NCBI GenBank assembly: GCA_965212055.1
Contig: OZ243041.1
Location: forward strand, 640,001-704,000
Length of the DNA: 64,000 nt
DNA from: Fidelibacterota bacterium
GTDB taxonomy: Bacteria; Fidelibacterota; Marinisomatia; Marinisomatales; Marinisomataceae
Reading direction: 5' to 3'
Both the position numbers and the translations under genes were made by a program. How positions within the stretch are numbered: the stretch's first letter is position 1; each line of letters starts with the position of its first letter. Of the stretch, positions 8,440 to 18,583 are shown piece after piece. The notes beneath the pieces are model-generated. The model had not been told where the DNA came from. It was given only the letters and a program-made list of their open reading frames with translations, and searched no databases.

Positions 8440-10795
8440 TAGATAAATGAATCATAAGAAAATTGATCATCTTTTTGTATAAATGTTCTCTATTCTTCCA
8501 ACCATCTGCTTTATTTTCAGCAGTTAAAAAATTATTATTACTCATTCCATGATTACCATTTGGATACAAAAAGAGCTCCATTTCTTTTCCATGTTCGGCA
8601 TAAGCTTTTGCTAATTGAATGGAATGTTGGTGATGAACATTATCATCTGCAGTCCCATGAATCTGAAGTAAATGCCCTTTGGCATTTTCTACATGGGTTA
8701 ATACTGAGGCATTTTTATATCCTTCTGGGTTCTCTTCTACCAATCCCATATATCTTTCTGTCCATATTGTGTCATATAATAATGGATCCACGTTTGGAGC
8801 AATTGAAACACCTGCCTTAAAATAATCGCTTGCAAGGGTCATACACATGTTGGTTAAATAACCTCCTCCACTCCATCCCCAAACACCAATATTATCACCA
8901 TCGACATAAGGAAGGCTTTGAAGATATTTTGCAGCTTCTATGTGATCTTTTACGATATATTTTCCGTAATCACCATAGGCCATATCTTTAAAAGCTTTGC
9001 CTCTACCACCTGTCCCTCGATTATCAAAGGAAAAGATGATAAATCCTCTTTGAGAAAAATATTGGTGAAAAATGTGATTACCTGCACCCCATCTGTTGTT
9101 TACCATTTGGGATCCTGGACCACCATAATTGTAAAGAATCACAGGGTATTGTTCCATGGAATCAAAATTGTGTGGAAGAGTGATAATTGCATTCAAACGC
9201 TCTCCATCCTCTGTAAACAGATTCATTAAGCGTGGATAGGTAAATCCATAGTCATCAAATTGGGTACGATCTGTTTCTGCAAGCATACGTTTTGACGTCC
9301 CAGAATTGCTTCTCAAAATAGTTTTGGATGGAGTAGTAAAATTGGAATAGGAATCGATAAAAAAGTTTGTAGTTGGTGAAAAATTAGCTGAATGGGTCCC
9401 TTGTTCAGATGTTAAACGTTTTAATTTTGATCCATTAAATCTAACCGAATAAATATGGTTCTCAACCTCTGATTCTCTTTTTCCTGAAAAATAAATGATT
9501 TCATTTTCAACATCGATAGCATTCATTCCATTTACTTCCCATTTTCCTCTTGTAATCTGGTTAATAAACTGGCCATCAGGGCGACTTCTATAGATATGTT
9601 TGAATCCATCACGTTCGGATATCCAAATAATCTCATCATTATCAAGAATATCTATATTAAAAGTACCTGGACTGCCAAAAAAGTCGTATGCATCTACCCA
9701 AGTATTATTTTTATCATTTAATACTAATGTTGTTTCATTATTATTGATATCATATCTAAAAAATTTCAAATCATTTTGTTTGCGATTCAGTGTGGTGATA
9801 TAAAAATTATCTTTGTTTTTATGCCATATAGCATTTGGAATATAATAGGTATCTTCAGGCAATGGAATCCAAGTAATGTGTGAAGCTTCAGGTGATAATT
9901 CTGGAACAACTTCTTCTACAATTTCCTCCACTAATTCCAATACAACTTCTTCTGTTACTAGCACCTCTTCTACAACTTCCTCTTGAACCAAAAGTTCTTC
10001 CACAAATTCTTCTTCGATAGGAGCTTCAACAGTGTATGGTAATGCATTTAAATCAATAATACCAAGCTTCACTGTCGGGTTTGTCTGACCAGCTTTCGGA
10101 TAATAAATATACTTAACTACTGGATATTTTGATGCATAGTCAATTAGTGGATATTTTTCCACCTGGGATTGATCTTCTTGCCAAAAAACAATATAATTGC
10201 CAGAAGGACTCCATCTATACGCATCATAGCTTCCAAATTCTTCTTCGTATACCCATCCAAAGTGTCCATTAAGTGTTGTTTCGCTTCCATCGGTTGTCAA
10301 TTGAACTTCTTCTAAATCTTCCAATGAGAATAAATAAAGATTATTGTCGTTTCTTACATAGGAAACATATTGATTGTCTGGAGAAATTTTTACATTTCTT
10401 AAACTATCAGGATTAGCAGAAACTGGAGTAATTGTATCATTAGCAATATTATAAACATGGTACGTACCATATGAAGAATGTCTCCATATACTAACATTAT
10501 TTGTTTTGAGTAGTAACAATGTTTGATCTTTACTAAAACTATGACTAAAGCGATCTAATTGGTCTTTTTTGATACTAAAAACTGTGGTTGTATCACCTCT
10601 AGCTAAATCATATCTATGAAAATTTTTCCCAAGGGAATCACTATCAGAAAAATAATAGGCATCTTGATTGTTAATCCATTGATAACTCCCAATTCTATCG
10701 TAGCGGAATGTCCCTCCCATTACATCTTTGAGTTCAATAGTCTTTTCCTGAGGGAAAATAATGGTGAGAAACAATAAAATTACAATTTTGCGCAT
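8429..10795 (-). CDS. Dipeptidyl peptidase IV (S9B)
   Basis: WVYEEE, YPKAG, GWSGGG nucleophile, HGTADDNVH, GNHG; signal peptide; acidic insertion. Confidence 0.93.
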   Translation of the reverse strand: MRKIVILLFLTIIFPQEKTIELKDVMGGTFRYDRIGSYQWINNQDAYYFSDSDSLGKNFHRYDLARGDTTTVFSIKKDQLDRFSHSFSKDQTLLLLKTNNVSIWRHSSYGTYHVYNIANDTITPVSANPDSLRNVKISPDNQYVSYVRNDNNLYLFSLEDLEEVQLTTDGSETTLNGHFGWVYEEEFGSYDAYRWSPSGNYIVFWQEDQSQVEKYPLIDYASKYPVVKYIYYPKAGQTNPTVKLGIIDLNALPYTVEAPIEEEFVEELLVQEEVVEEVLVTEEVVLELVEEIVEEVVPELSPEASHITWIPLPEDTYYIPNAIWHKNKDNFYITTLNRKQNDLKFFRYDINNNETTLVLNDKNNTWVDAYDFFGSPGTFNIDILDNDEIIWISERDGFKHIYRSRPDGQFINQITRGKWEVNGMNAIDVENEIIYFSGKRESEVENHIYSVRFNGSKLKRLTSEQGTHSANFSPTTNFFIDSYSNFTTPSKTILRSNSGTSKRMLAETDRTQFDDYGFTYPRLMNLFTEDGERLNAIITLPHNFDSMEQYPVILYNYGGPGSQMVNNRWGAGNHIFHQYFSQRGFIIFSFDNRGTGGRGKAFKDMAYGDYGKYIVKDHIEAAKYLQSLPYVDGDNIGVWGWSGGGYLTNMCMTLASDYFKAGVSIAPNVDPLLYDTIWTERYMGLVEENPEGYKNASVLTHVENAKGHLLQIHGTADDNVHHQHSIQLAKAYAEHGKEMELFLYPNGNHGMSNNNFLTAENKADGWKNREHLYKKMINFLMIHLSNEE
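9884..10030 (-). repeat. In-frame degenerate Glu/Val tandem repeat within DPP-IV
   Basis: EEFVEELLVQ-EEVVEEVLVT-EEVVLELV-EEIVEEVVPE; recurring GAAGAAGTTGTA-like units. Confidence 0.75.
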
Positions 10796-10840
10796 TAATA
10801 GATAATAAAGAAATTTTTAAAGAATATCACCTAAATAGTT

Positions 10841-10869
10841 TTGCATTCACGTATATGCTTCTATAAATT
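10841..10869 (+). promoter_or_regulatory. Putative sigma70 promoter of the ppiD-like gene (probably leaderless)
   Basis: TTGCAT, 17 nt, TAAATT, 8 nt, ATG 10878; no SD. Confidence 0.55.
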
Positions 10870-10877
10870 GCACACTT

Positions 10878-12707
10878 ATGGGAATCATTACAAATATGCG
10901 CAATCAGATGCAGGTAGTTATGTGGACTATCCTTGTTCTATTTATTGTCAGTATGGCAATCGGTGGATTGGTAGGTGGTGCAAATATTGGTGATATATTT
11001 GGCCAAAATTCTTCTAATAATGTTGGTTCATTAAATGGGAAACCAATCTTGCATGAAGATTTTAATCGATTGGTATTTGATGAAATTGGTCGTCTTGAAT
11101 CTCAGTCTGGTCAAACCATGTCTGATGAAGATAGAGAATATGTTAGAGCGGTTGTTTGGGAAAGATTGATTCAAGATCTCTTGATTCAGGAACAAATTGA
11201 GGAAAATGAAATTGTGATTGGAGATGAGGAAGTCTTGTACCAATTAACAAACAATCCCCCTCCTTTCTTACAAACTGCTTTTCAAAAAGATGGTCGGTTT
11301 GATCTAGAAACATATATGGAAGCAATTCTTAATCCACAGGGTGATGAATGGCTTCCTGTTGAAGAATATATGCGAAACATTTATCTACCACATTACAAGC
11401 TACAACAACTAATTATTCATAGTGCTTCAACAGCAGAAGAAGATATTCGCAATAGCTATATACAGAGATTTGTTGACTATAATATTGAAGTGCTCCATAT
11501 AACAGATAAAGTGCTTGAGGAAGAAACTCCTCAACCATCCGAAAAAGAATTAATGGCAGCTTATAATGAAAATATTGATGATTATGAACAACCAGAAATG
11601 CGATATATGAAATATGTCAAATGGCCTATTGTTTCTAATTACAATGATTCTTTACGTGTTCAATTAGAAGCAGGAGCTCTAATAGGACGCATTCATCAAG
11701 GAGAAAGTTTTGCAGATATAGCAAATGCGTACAGTGAAGATCCAGGCAATAGCGTAAATCCGGACTCTCTTAATGGAGGAAGGCTTGGTTGGTTTGATAA
11801 AGGACAAATGGTCAAAGAATTTGAAGAGGCAGCTTTTAATGGTAAAATAGATGAGGTAGTCGGTCCTATTCTAACACAATTTGGATATCATATCATTAAA
11901 ATTAACAATAAGAGACCATTTGAAGATGGAGAAGAACAAGTAAATGCATCACATATCCTACTAACGGTTACACCAGGTAAAGATACAGAAAATGAATTAC
12001 GAAATTTATCAAGCATTTTTTCTTTAGAAGCTAAAGAATACGGGTTTTTTGATTTAGCAGACTCTCTTAATATGGAAATAAATGATGCAAATGGAGTTCA
12101 AAGAGCATCTATATTTATAGAAGACATTGGGGTAGCAAGAAATGCAGTACAATTTGCTTTTAGTAGTGAAGAAGGTGAAGTGTCCGAATATGTAGAAAAT
12201 GATAATTATTTCCTTGTATTCTATCTGGATTCAATCTCACCATCAGAAGCAATGTCATTTGAAACTGTAAAAGAAAGTTTGATAGAAGAATCTATTGTTG
12301 ATATAAAAAAGAAACAAATTGAAGAAATTGCAAATAATCTTTTAATAGACAAGGAAAATATCAATCTATCTGACTTAGCAGAAACCTATCCTAATTTTGA
12401 ATATGTGGAAGAAACAACAGGCACCTTGATTGGCAGTTTCACATCTATTGGAAAAAGTAACTATGTTGCCGGTGCATTGCTTAATGCTAAAGAAGGTGAC
12501 TTTTTAGGCCCATTATCAACTATACGAGGACAAGCTTTCATCAAAGTATTGAGTATAGATGCAGTCGATGAAGAAGATTTTGATGAAAAAAAAGAATCGT
12601 TAAAATTTAGTTTAATTATCCAAAGACAGAATTTAATATGGAGTAATTGGTTACAAGCTCTTCGAGATGATTCTGATATTGAAGATAATCGATTTGATTT
12701 CTATTAA
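10878..12707 (+). CDS. ppiD: PpiD/SurA-like parvulin peptidyl-prolyl isomerase
   Basis: N-terminal TM plus SurA_N domain; rotamase motifs SEDPG, GGRLGWF, MVKEFEEAAF, TQFGYHII. Confidence 0.82.
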   Translation: MGIITNMRNQMQVVMWTILVLFIVSMAIGGLVGGANIGDIFGQNSSNNVGSLNGKPILHEDFNRLVFDEIGRLESQSGQTMSDEDREYVRAVVWERLIQDLLIQEQIEENEIVIGDEEVLYQLTNNPPPFLQTAFQKDGRFDLETYMEAILNPQGDEWLPVEEYMRNIYLPHYKLQQLIIHSASTAEEDIRNSYIQRFVDYNIEVLHITDKVLEEETPQPSEKELMAAYNENIDDYEQPEMRYMKYVKWPIVSNYNDSLRVQLEAGALIGRIHQGESFADIANAYSEDPGNSVNPDSLNGGRLGWFDKGQMVKEFEEAAFNGKIDEVVGPILTQFGYHIIKINNKRPFEDGEEQVNASHILLTVTPGKDTENELRNLSSIFSLEAKEYGFFDLADSLNMEINDANGVQRASIFIEDIGVARNAVQFAFSSEEGEVSEYVENDNYFLVFYLDSISPSEAMSFETVKESLIEESIVDIKKKQIEEIANNLLIDKENINLSDLAETYPNFEYVEETTGTLIGSFTSIGKSNYVAGALLNAKEGDFLGPLSTIRGQAFIKVLSIDAVDEEDFDEKKESLKFSLIIQRQNLIWSNWLQALRDDSDIEDNRFDFY

Positions 12708-13648
12708 GCTTCCCTAAAAACACCAAGCTTATCATATCTTTCTATCCTAGAAGATAGATAATCTGTAATATTTTTTTCTTTTAACAAATTTATCTCATCT
12801 ACTATAGTTTTCTTGAGAGTTTCAATCATCTCATCACAATGCCTGTGTGCACAACCTGTTGGTTCATAAACAATCATATTACATATGTTATGTTCCATTA
12901 AATCTTTAGGAGTTAATCTCAAAGCGCTTGCAGCCTCTGGTGCTTTTGAAGAGTCTTTCCATAAAATTGATGCACAACCTTCAGGACTAATAACAGAAAA
13001 CCAAGTGTTTTCTAACATTAACATTTTATCACATAATCCAATTCCTAAGGCACCACCACTTGCTCCTTCTCCAATAACAATTGATAATATCGGGGTCTCG
13101 ATTGATGCCATTTCAATAAGATTATTTGCAATAGCATATCCTTGTCCTCTTTCTTCTGCTGCAACTCCAGGATCAGCACCAGGAGTATCAATTAAAGTAA
13201 TAACTGGTAAATCAAATTTTTCTGCCATTTTCATAATACGTAATGCTTTTCTATAACCTTCAGGCTTCATCATACCAAAATTTCTATACAAATTTTCTTT
13301 TGTATTCCTGCCTTTCTGTTGACCTATAATAACAACACGATGAGTATCTATAGTCCCAATACCAGCGACAACAGCTTTGTCATCAGAAAATGCTTTATCT
13401 CCATGTAGTTCAATAAAATCATCACACCAAGCTGATATATAGTCAAGGGTATACGGACGATTAGGATGCCTAGCTAATTGAACTGTCTGCCATGCATTTA
13501 GATTAGAAAAAATTTCTTTTTCTTTTTCTATCCTCATATTTTTTAGTTGATCCAATTTCTCTGATTCAGAATCAATGGAAACTAAATTTTGAATTTCATC
13601 ATCAAAATCCTTCAGAGGTTTTTCAAAATCTAAATAATGTTTTTTCAT
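12704..13648 (-). CDS. accA: Acetyl-CoA carboxylase carboxyltransferase alpha subunit
   Basis: LDFEKP, ARHPNRPYTLDY, PEGYRKA, IDTPGA, VISPEGCASILWK. Confidence 0.96.
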   Translation of the reverse strand: MKKHYLDFEKPLKDFDDEIQNLVSIDSESEKLDQLKNMRIEKEKEIFSNLNAWQTVQLARHPNRPYTLDYISAWCDDFIELHGDKAFSDDKAVVAGIGTIDTHRVVIIGQQKGRNTKENLYRNFGMMKPEGYRKALRIMKMAEKFDLPVITLIDTPGADPGVAAEERGQGYAIANNLIEMASIETPILSIVIGEGASGGALGIGLCDKMLMLENTWFSVISPEGCASILWKDSSKAPEAASALRLTPKDLMEHNICNMIVYEPTGCAHRHCDEMIETLKKTIVDEINLLKEKNITDYLSSRIERYDKLGVFREA

Positions 13649-14359
13649 TTATCTTTTTAACCTAAACAATCTCCAAAAACCAAACAACCATACTTTTAAA
13701 ATTGCTTCTATTACAACAGATCTATCCATCTTGGATTCTCCAACAGTACGATCTGTGAAAGTTATTGGATGTTCTTTGATTTTACAATTTTTTTGGGATG
13801 CACGGAATGTTGTTTCAATCTGGAAACAATATCCTTGGGATGAACATTCATTGAAATTTATAAGATGCAACGTATCGCTTTTCCAGGCCTTAAATCCAGC
13901 TGTTAAATCTTTAATAGGCACACCTGTAATCAATCTAGCATAAAGATTAGCAAAATAACTTATATATAGACGACGTACTGGCCAATTTATCACCCTTAAT
14001 CCTCCATAGTATCTGCTACCTATTATTAGATCATTTTCTGATAAAAGTGCGAACATATGAGGAACTTCTTTTGGATCATGTGATAAATCTGCATCCATTT
14101 GTAAAATCAAATCATAATTATGTTTTAATGCCCAATTAAATCCAAACACATATGCAGAACCTAATCCATCTTTTGTTGGTCTTGTTTCAACATTAACAGA
14201 GTCTTGGTAATGGCTTCTTACTAAATCTCCTGTTCCATCAGGAGAGTTATCATCTACGATTAATATATCCAGACTTATATCCAATGCCAAAAGCATGTCA
14301 ATTGTCTTGACAATGTTTTTTGCTTCATTATATGTAGGAAGTATAACTAGTCGTTTCAT
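13649..14359 (-). CDS. Polyprenol monophosphomannose synthase (GT2, DPM1-like)
   Basis: PTYNE, VDDNSPDGT, QMDADLSH, FTDRTVGESKM. Confidence 0.9.
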   Translation of the reverse strand: MKRLVILPTYNEAKNIVKTIDMLLALDISLDILIVDDNSPDGTGDLVRSHYQDSVNVETRPTKDGLGSAYVFGFNWALKHNYDLILQMDADLSHDPKEVPHMFALLSENDLIIGSRYYGGLRVINWPVRRLYISYFANLYARLITGVPIKDLTAGFKAWKSDTLHLINFNECSSQGYCFQIETTFRASQKNCKIKEHPITFTDRTVGESKMDRSVVIEAILKVWLFGFWRLFRLKR

Positions 14360-15375
14360 TATTTAACCCTAAAAGTTCTAGCAATCAAATCCATGTGTCG
14401 GATATAGAATGCTTTTCTTCCTCCTGGGTTATATACCAAATAAGTAATATAAAACGTTCTGTCTGATTCGTCGTCATAGAAAAGATGACCCTGAAAAGGG
14501 CCTCCTTTAGCTCCTTCGATGGATTCCCACAATCCTGATATTTTATAAGCAGCATCTTCCATATAATCATCAACCCAATCAATTGCTAAAAAATCGCTAT
14601 TATACTGAATTGATTTAAAATATTCTTCAGGAAAATTATTTGCTAATTCAACTGCAGTTTCTTTTGAAAAATGGTTCCCTTCTATCCAATAAACTGCTAA
14701 CCATCTAAAAGGCATTTCTTGTCCAATCCATACAAAGTTGGAAGCAGCTTCATTTCTAATCATCTCCCACCCCCAAGGCAAATTGATGCTCCAACCATAG
14801 CTTTCTAATAACATCGACTCTTTGCCCTCTTGATGTTGCGCTTCTAAAAGATATTGGGATTGTTTTTTATCAAAATTTGCATTGAATTGTGATTTAATCC
14901 ATTCACCATTTTCTAAAAAATATTCTTCAATAGAATCGGAATCAGAACCGCTTACAATCATAAATACTTGATTTTTAGCGAATTGGTCTCTAGATAAAAT
15001 AACCGGATTTTCCTCAAGTGTTTCGTTAAATTTTTTAGTACCTAATAAATTTTTCACCAGTTTAGTTGCAGGATTTAATTCAAAATCACCAATTGATGCA
15101 ATGATTAAGTTAGTTTGTGTCTTTAATGCTTGATAATTGACAGGATCAGAGAATTTTACTTTGTAGAATGACTCTGGCTCAGGAGTTAATAGGGTATCAT
15201 TAAATACAATCGATAACAAACTCTCTATTTGTTCTCGATCTTCTTTGGCAGCTAAAACAACTAAATCGTCGCTACCTCCTATCGAATCTCTTTTTACCTC
15301 ACAGTTAACAACAAAAATAAGGCAAATAAAGATAGATAGTATCTTAATTGCTTTTTCTTCTATTAGAAATCTCAT
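14359..15375 (-). CDS. DUF4837-family (lipo)protein
   Basis: Signal peptide with Cys; PEPE..., GLW...GGPF and YNPG..K motifs typical of DUF4837. Start uncertain. Confidence 0.7.
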   Translation of the reverse strand: MRFLIEEKAIKILSIFICLIFVVNCEVKRDSIGGSDDLVVLAAKEDREQIESLLSIVFNDTLLTPEPESFYKVKFSDPVNYQALKTQTNLIIASIGDFELNPATKLVKNLLGTKKFNETLEENPVILSRDQFAKNQVFMIVSGSDSDSIEEYFLENGEWIKSQFNANFDKKQSQYLLEAQHQEGKESMLLESYGWSINLPWGWEMIRNEAASNFVWIGQEMPFRWLAVYWIEGNHFSKETAVELANNFPEEYFKSIQYNSDFLAIDWVDDYMEDAAYKISGLWESIEGAKGGPFQGHLFYDDESDRTFYITYLVYNPGGRKAFYIRHMDLIARTFRVK

Positions 15376-16075
15376 ATAAAAATACCAGTATTAAAGTTAG
15401 TATTAAGAAAATTAGCATTGGTTCCCATGTTAAGAAAGGATAGTTAATAAATTTTTCTCTTGATGTAATCATAGAACTTGAAGAAATAGAATTATCTGCA
15501 CTTATATTTGCAGAATATTGTATCGACGTTAAACCGTGCGGATTAAAATAACTTAGAGAAAGATTTATTGGTTTATTTGATTGATAATTATCTATTAATC
15601 CTTGCAAAAAATTTAGACCATTTTGATCTCTTATTTCTTCAAGATTAATATCATCTACTGATGCAATAAATTCTTCTGAAGCGAATGGGAGCTGAAATGC
15701 TATCATCAATGTTTTTACATCGCTTAATGATTCAAATTTATATGAAAAATCTCTTGGTCCAGGAACTTGACTATACCTATTTAAAAACAGATAAATCTTA
15801 TGTTCACCATCTCTTTCAATCGAAACAACAGGTTGGTCCTCAATTTTTAATACTTCCTCGAATAATTCATCATTATTTGATACCAGATATAGAACTGAAT
15901 CAATCTCAGTTGGCACTATAAATTTATGTTGGTTAGAAGAATCTGTATCAAACTTGTATTCTACCATAATTCCTTGATAATAATATTCTGGATAGACTGT
16001 AACCGATAAAGTATCAATAACAGATTGCGAAAATATACAGCTTATAAATAAAATAAAAACAGATCTCTTTTTCAT
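15344..16075 (-). CDS. Hypothetical exported protein with C-terminal TM anchor
   Basis: Long ORF within the operon; signal peptide and C-terminal hydrophobic helix. Confidence 0.7.
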   Translation of the reverse strand: MKKRSVFILFISCIFSQSVIDTLSVTVYPEYYYQGIMVEYKFDTDSSNQHKFIVPTEIDSVLYLVSNNDELFEEVLKIEDQPVVSIERDGEHKIYLFLNRYSQVPGPRDFSYKFESLSDVKTLMIAFQLPFASEEFIASVDDINLEEIRDQNGLNFLQGLIDNYQSNKPINLSLSYFNPHGLTSIQYSANISADNSISSSSMITSREKFINYPFLTWEPMLIFLILTLILVFLYEISNRRKSN

Positions 16076-16083
16076 CTTCTAAG

Positions 16084-16800
16084 TTAATAGGTAAAAATAA
16101 CAAATATATCATAAAATGAATGAGTGATGGCGGTAATTCCAAAGCCTCTTTGAACATATAGAAATGCCAAGAATATGCCAGCAATAAATCGGGCAGCGAA
16201 AGCGTATTGTACTGCTGGAGAATCTAAGATGGATAAAAATGATTCTTCTCCAATAAAATGAAATAAAGAAAACAAAATTGCCGAAAAAATTACAGCATAG
16301 AAATTTGCAGAAAATTTACCCGATCGAAATAAGAATTCCATTGATTTATAAAACAGATATATCAACAACACTCTGAAAATAAGTTCTTCATAAATACCAG
16401 CACCTAAAGACAATATTATATTACAATATAAATCATTAGTAGAAACGTCCATTAAGTAAAGATTGCCCATCAAAAAAAATAAGATACCAGCATATACAAT
16501 AGATTCAAGGAACATTATCCCTAGATATGGTCTAGAAATACTTAATGAATTAAAATGGTGCTTCTGATAATAAATGATTACTGATAGAACAAACAGAAAG
16601 ATTATTGATGATACATAAATAACGTCAAATCCTAACCCTAATAGTGCTTGTTCAATCAATACATCGGCACCATTCTGGATATAAGTAAATTCTATGTTTC
16701 TCATCCAAAAAATACCTAATTCATAGGCAAGGAAAATTGGCAAAGTAATAATAAAGCTATAAAGAGGTGAACTAGATTTTCTAAAATAATCTTTAACCAT
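16084..16800 (-). CDS. CPBP (CAAX/Abi) intramembrane glutamic protease
   Basis: EELIFR, FSLFH and THSFYD motifs; multiple TMs. Confidence 0.85.
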   Translation of the reverse strand: MVKDYFRKSSSPLYSFIITLPIFLAYELGIFWMRNIEFTYIQNGADVLIEQALLGLGFDVIYVSSIIFLFVLSVIIYYQKHHFNSLSISRPYLGIMFLESIVYAGILFFLMGNLYLMDVSTNDLYCNIILSLGAGIYEELIFRVLLIYLFYKSMEFLFRSGKFSANFYAVIFSAILFSLFHFIGEESFLSILDSPAVQYAFAARFIAGIFLAFLYVQRGFGITAITHSFYDIFVIFTY

Positions 16801-16801
16801 A

Positions 16802-18583
16802 TCAAATTTTCAATACAGCCAATAAAGCTTCTTGAGGAACTTCTACTTTTCCAATCATACGCATTCTTTTTTTGCCCTTCTTTTGTTTTTGAAGAAGTTT
16901 CTTTTTTCGTGTTACATCACCCCCATATAATTTCTCAGTCACATTCTTTCTAAAAGGAGCAATATTCGTTCTTGCAATAACCCTAGTACCAATAGAAGCT
17001 TGAATAGGAATCTGAATTTGTTGTCTCGGAATAAGTTCTTTCAATTTTTGACACAATGCTAACCCACGATGATAAGAATCCTTCTTAGAACAAATCATTG
17101 ATAAAGCATCAACAGGTTCTTTATTAATAAGAATATCTAGTTTATCCAATTTGCTTTTTTTGTATTCTTTGAATGTATAATCAAACGATGCATAACCTTT
17201 TGAAGCAGATTTAATGGAATCATAAAAATCAAAAATTATTTCACCCAATGGCAAATCATAAATTAATTGTACCTTAGAACTTGATAGATAGGAAGTTGAT
17301 TGATAATGCCCTCTTCTATCTTGACAAATCTTCATCATATTTCCAATATATTCTGTTGGAGTTAAGATTTCTGCTGTAACAATCGGCTCTAAAATATCTT
17401 CTAAAATTTTTGGTGATGGCAATAAAGCAGGTCGATGAACCTCAACTTGAGTTTTATCTTTTAGATTTGCTAAATATTTCACGTTGGGGCTTGTTGTAAC
17501 AATCGAAAGATCGAATTCACGTTCTAACCTTTCTTGAATTATTTCCATATGCAATAATCCCAAGAACCCACAACGATATCCAAACCCTAAAGCATCACTC
17601 ACTTCTGGTTCAAAAACGAGGGAAGCATCATTAAGTTTCAACTTCTCGAGAGCTGTACGTAAATCATCATAATCATCTGCATCAGAAGGAAATAAGCCTG
17701 AAAAAACCATCGGTTTAATCTTCTGAAAACCAGGCAAAGCCTTAGAACAAGGATTGTTAACGGTGGTAATTGTGTCTCCAGGCAATACATGCTCAATATC
17801 TCTAATATTTGCTATAATATAACCGACTTCACCCTCTTCCAGCGATGAAGCTTTTTTTCGATCAATTACGAAATGCCCAACTTCATCAACTTCATAATAA
17901 GTATTATGAGAAAAAAATTTAATTTTCATACCACGTTGAATAGATCCTTCATAAATACGAACATACGCAACAACCCCTCTATATTTATCAAAAATAGAAT
18001 CAAAGATAAGTGCTTTTATTTTTTCATTCTTTGATATAGTAGGACAAGGAATTGACTCAATAACTTTATTCAATATATTTTCAATTCCTTCACCAGTTTT
18101 TGCACTTGTTAATAAAATATCTTTCTCTTCACAATCGGTTAATTCAATAATTTGTTTCTTTACATTCTCAATGTCTGCATTGGGTAGATCTACTTTATTA
18201 ATTATTGGAATTATTTCTAAATCATTCTCAACTGCCAACAAATAATTAGTTACCGTTTGTGCTTCAATTCCTTGAGCAGCATCAACAACTAACAATGCTC
18301 CTTCACTTGCTGACAATGTACGAGAAACTTCATATGAAAAATCAACATGGCCTGGAGTATCAATTAGGTTCAAAATATGATCCTTAAAAATCATTCTAAT
18401 AGAATGACTTTTAATGGTAATCCCTCTCTCACGTTCTAGATCCATACTATCCAAAACTTGGTTTTTCATTTTTTTCTTTGAAATTGTACCAGTGAACTCT
18501 AGCAACCGGTCTGCAAGAGTAGATTTCCCATGATCGATATGAGCAATAATACAAAAGTTCCGAATGTATTGAATATCATTCAT
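16802..18583 (-). CDS. lepA: Elongation factor 4
   Basis: IRNFCIIAHIDHGKSTLADR, GFLGLLHMEI, YGGDVTRKKKLL. Confidence 0.97.
   Translation of the reverse strand: MNDIQYIRNFCIIAHIDHGKSTLADRLLEFTGTISKKKMKNQVLDSMDLERERGITIKSHSIRMIFKDHILNLIDTPGHVDFSYEVSRTLSASEGALLVVDAAQGIEAQTVTNYLLAVENDLEIIPIINKVDLPNADIENVKKQIIELTDCEEKDILLTSAKTGEGIENILNKVIESIPCPTISKNEKIKALIFDSIFDKYRGVVAYVRIYEGSIQRGMKIKFFSHNTYYEVDEVGHFVIDRKKASSLEEGEVGYIIANIRDIEHVLPGDTITTVNNPCSKALPGFQKIKPMVFSGLFPSDADDYDDLRTALEKLKLNDASLVFEPEVSDALGFGYRCGFLGLLHMEIIQERLEREFDLSIVTTSPNVKYLANLKDKTQVEVHRPALLPSPKILEDILEPIVTAEILTPTEYIGNMMKICQDRRGHYQSTSYLSSSKVQLIYDLPLGEIIFDFYDSIKSASKGYASFDYTFKEYKKSKLDKLDILINKEPVDALSMICSKKDSYHRGLALCQKLKELIPRQQIQIPIQASIGTRVIARTNIAPFRKNVTEKLYGGDVTRKKKLLQKQKKGKKRMRMIGKVEVPQEALLAVLKI

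Noticed and set aside
16084..16800. CPBP/Abi protein as an abortive-infection system
   Set aside because: The Abi label is historical; these are common intramembrane proteases, and this one sits in the lepA operon.
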